From Solirubrobacteraceae bacterium (GTDB lineage Bacteria; Actinomycetota; Thermoleophilia; Solirubrobacterales; Solirubrobacteraceae), in NCBI GenBank assembly GCA_034664525.1, contig JAXDHL010000035.1, positions 1 to 46,345 on the forward strand: a stretch of DNA of 46,345 bases, given 5' to 3'. Positions 45,015 to 46,345 of the stretch are shown one piece after another. The notes under the pieces are model-generated. The model was not told where the DNA came from. It did no database searches and was given only the letters and a program-made list of their open reading frames with translations. The translations under genes and the position numbers were made by a program. Position 1 is the stretch's first letter; each line of letters opens with the position of its first letter.

Positions 45015-46345
45015 GTGGTGCCGACGTCTTTCGCGACTCGCGACCCCCTGCCGACCGCGGCGCTGCACGCCACGGGGCCGCCGCACTTCCCCCGCCCGTC
45101 GGTGCTCGCCACGCCGCTCGAGCTGCCGCACGCGAAGCTCGCCAAGGGAGCCGAGGCGCTCGGCCTGCACACGGTCGGCGACCTGCTCGAGCACCTGCCG
45201 CGCGACCGCCGCGAGGCGCGCACGGTCGCCGCGCTGCAGGTGGGCGAGGTGGCCACGATCGTGGTCGAGGTGCGCTCGATCAGCTCCCGGCCGGTGCGGC
45301 GGCGGGGGATGAAGCCGCTGGTGGAGGCGGTCGTCGCCGATGCGACGGGCGTGATGAAGGCGACGTTCTTCAACCAGCCCTGGCTGGCCAACCGCTACAA
45401 GCCGCCGACGACGCTGATCCTGACCGGCCGCTACAAGGCCCGCAACCAGTTCACCGTCGAGTCGCACGCGCCGACGAGCGCCGGCGTCGGCGGGGCGGAT
45501 GCCGGAGCGATGGCGGTCTACCCGGCCTCCGACGGGCTGTCGAGCACGCAGATCCTCGAGCTTGTGACGCGCTGGCGCGGCGCCGCCCGGCACGCCGTCG
45601 AGCCGCTGCCGGCGCGCCTGCGCGCGCTCGAGCGCCTTCCGGACCGGGCGGCGGCGCTCGATGCCGCCCACTTCGGCGACAGCGAGGGCGGCCGCCGGCG
45701 GCTGGCGTTCGACGAGCTGCTGCTGCTGCAGCTCGCGCTGCTGCGGCGGCGGGCGCTGCGGCTGGAGGCGGCCGCGGCCGAGCCGCTCGCCGAGCCGCGC
45801 GGGCTGACCGCGGCGTGGCTGGAGGGGACGCTGCCGTTCGTGCCGACCGACGACCAGGTCGCGGCGATGGCCGCCGTCGACGCCGATCTCGCCCGCGGGC
45901 GCCCGATGCAGCGGCTGCTGATGGGGGAGGTCGGGTCCGGCAAGACCGTCGTCGCGCTGTACGCCATGCTGCGGGCGGTCGAGCACGGGGCCCAGGCCGC
46001 GTTCATGGCGCCGACGGAGACGCTGGCCGAGCAGCACTTCGCGACGCTGCAGACCCTGCTGCCGAACGCGATGGTCTCCGCCGCGCTGCTGACCGGCGCG
46101 ACGCCGGCCAAGCGCCGCGCGGACGTGCTCGCCAAGCTGGCGAGCGGGGAGCTGCAGCTGCTCGTCGGCACCCATGCCCTGATCGAGGACCCAGTGGTGT
46201 TCGAGCGGCTCGCGGTCGCAGTCGTGGACGAGCAGCACCGCTTCGGGGTCCGCCAGCGGCGCGCGCTGGACCGCAAGGGCGGGCGGGGTGGTCTCCTGTC
46301 GCCGCACGTGCTGCACATGACCGCGACGCCGATCCCGCGCACGCT
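45015..46345 (+). CDS. recG: ATP-dependent DNA helicase RecG (3'-truncated by window end)
   Basis: This frame is not in the ORF track because it has no stop within the window. The wedge/OB region reads GEVATIVVEVRSI...ATFFNQPWL, and the helicase motifs are Walker A GEVGSGKT, FMAPTE and DEQHRFGV. Possible starts are GTG 45015/45018, or GTG 45102. Confidence 0.88.
   Translation, partial: MVPTSFATRDPLPTAALHATGPPHFPRPSVLATPLELPHAKLAKGAEALGLHTVGDLLEHLPRDRREARTVAALQVGEVATIVVEVRSISSRPVRRRGMKPLVEAVVADATGVMKATFFNQPWLANRYKPPTTLILTGRYKARNQFTVESHAPTSAGVGGADAGAMAVYPASDGLSSTQILELVTRWRGAARHAVEPLPARLRALERLPDRAAALDAAHFGDSEGGRRRLAFDELLLLQLALLRRRALRLEAAAAEPLAEPRGLTAAWLEGTLPFVPTDDQVAAMAAVDADLARGRPMQRLLMGEVGSGKTVVALYAMLRAVEHGAQAAFMAPTETLAEQHFATLQTLLPNAMVSAALLTGATPAKRRADVLAKLASGELQLLVGTHALIEDPVVFERLAVAVVDEQHRFGVRQRRALDRKGGRGGLLSPHVLHMTATPIPRT

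Noticed and set aside
44971-45312. 113-aa plus-strand ORF starting right after the DUF1116 gene.
   Set aside because: It is in the wrong frame and has Arg/Ser/Cys-rich junk composition. The real gene here is recG, in the frame starting at GTG 45015/45018. That frame is absent from the ORF track because it runs off the window without a stop.
43482-46316. 944-aa minus-strand ORF, plus 40312..42474 (720 aa) and 42174..43463.
   Set aside because: They are antisense to the DUF1116/recG genes, the GS-like 2 gene and the redoxin gene. These plus-strand genes have clear motifs and G/C-ending codon bias, so the minus-strand ORFs are shadows.
1-46345. CRISPR arrays, rRNA/tRNA genes and long tandem or interspersed repeats.
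   Set aside because: Scanning by eye found no regularly spaced direct repeats and no tRNA-like or rRNA-like segments. The only repeats seen are the 21-bp pair at 4053-4094 and short hexamer recurrences.

Overview
This is a very GC-rich chromosomal segment with no rRNA, tRNA, CRISPR, transposase or integrase that I can see. The gene content (a six-gene Mce operon, a Hanks-type Ser/Thr kinase, a PPOX/F420-type protein, TetR and PucR regulators) suggests Actinomycetota, possibly a deep-branching Thermoleophilia-like lineage, but that is only a guess.

Genes are tightly packed, and many neighbours share 4-nt ATGA/GTGA start/stop overlaps. The long Arg/Pro/Gly-rich ORFs on opposite strands or in alternate frames are GC-driven shadows.

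Gene order:
- HEAT-repeat protein
- TetR - Baeyer-Villiger monooxygenase - P450 operon (minus strand)
- rsmB - small double zinc-ribbon ORF - rpe
- A block of about 18 kb: a cNMP-binding/TrxR-like fusion, six mce genes without yrbE/mkl partners, arfB, and a lipid-linked glycosylation cluster (GT2, methyltransferase, flippase, STAS protein, two GT-C enzymes)
- ribD-ribE-ribBA-ribH
- Ser/Thr kinase, rpmB, yloV (DAK2)
- A block of about 13.8 kb lying between yloV and recG
- The 5' part of recG

The 13.8-kb block is the most interesting region. It holds a 1259-aa PocR-GAF-PucR regulator, a convergent EamA exporter, and a compact plus-strand operon: GS-like ligase, metallophosphoesterase, APC permease, an uncharacterised possible nucleotidyltransferase-fold protein, a second GS-like ligase, a ResA/TlpA-like redoxin, a PPOX-family protein and a DUF1116/YlbE-like protein. 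The redoxin has an in-frame TGA exactly at its catalytic cysteine position, making it a candidate selenocysteine U-x-C site.

I read this operon as a candidate undescribed amine/nitrogen-compound uptake and gamma-glutamylation-type system. All functional calls come from motif recognition by eye and need homology searches.
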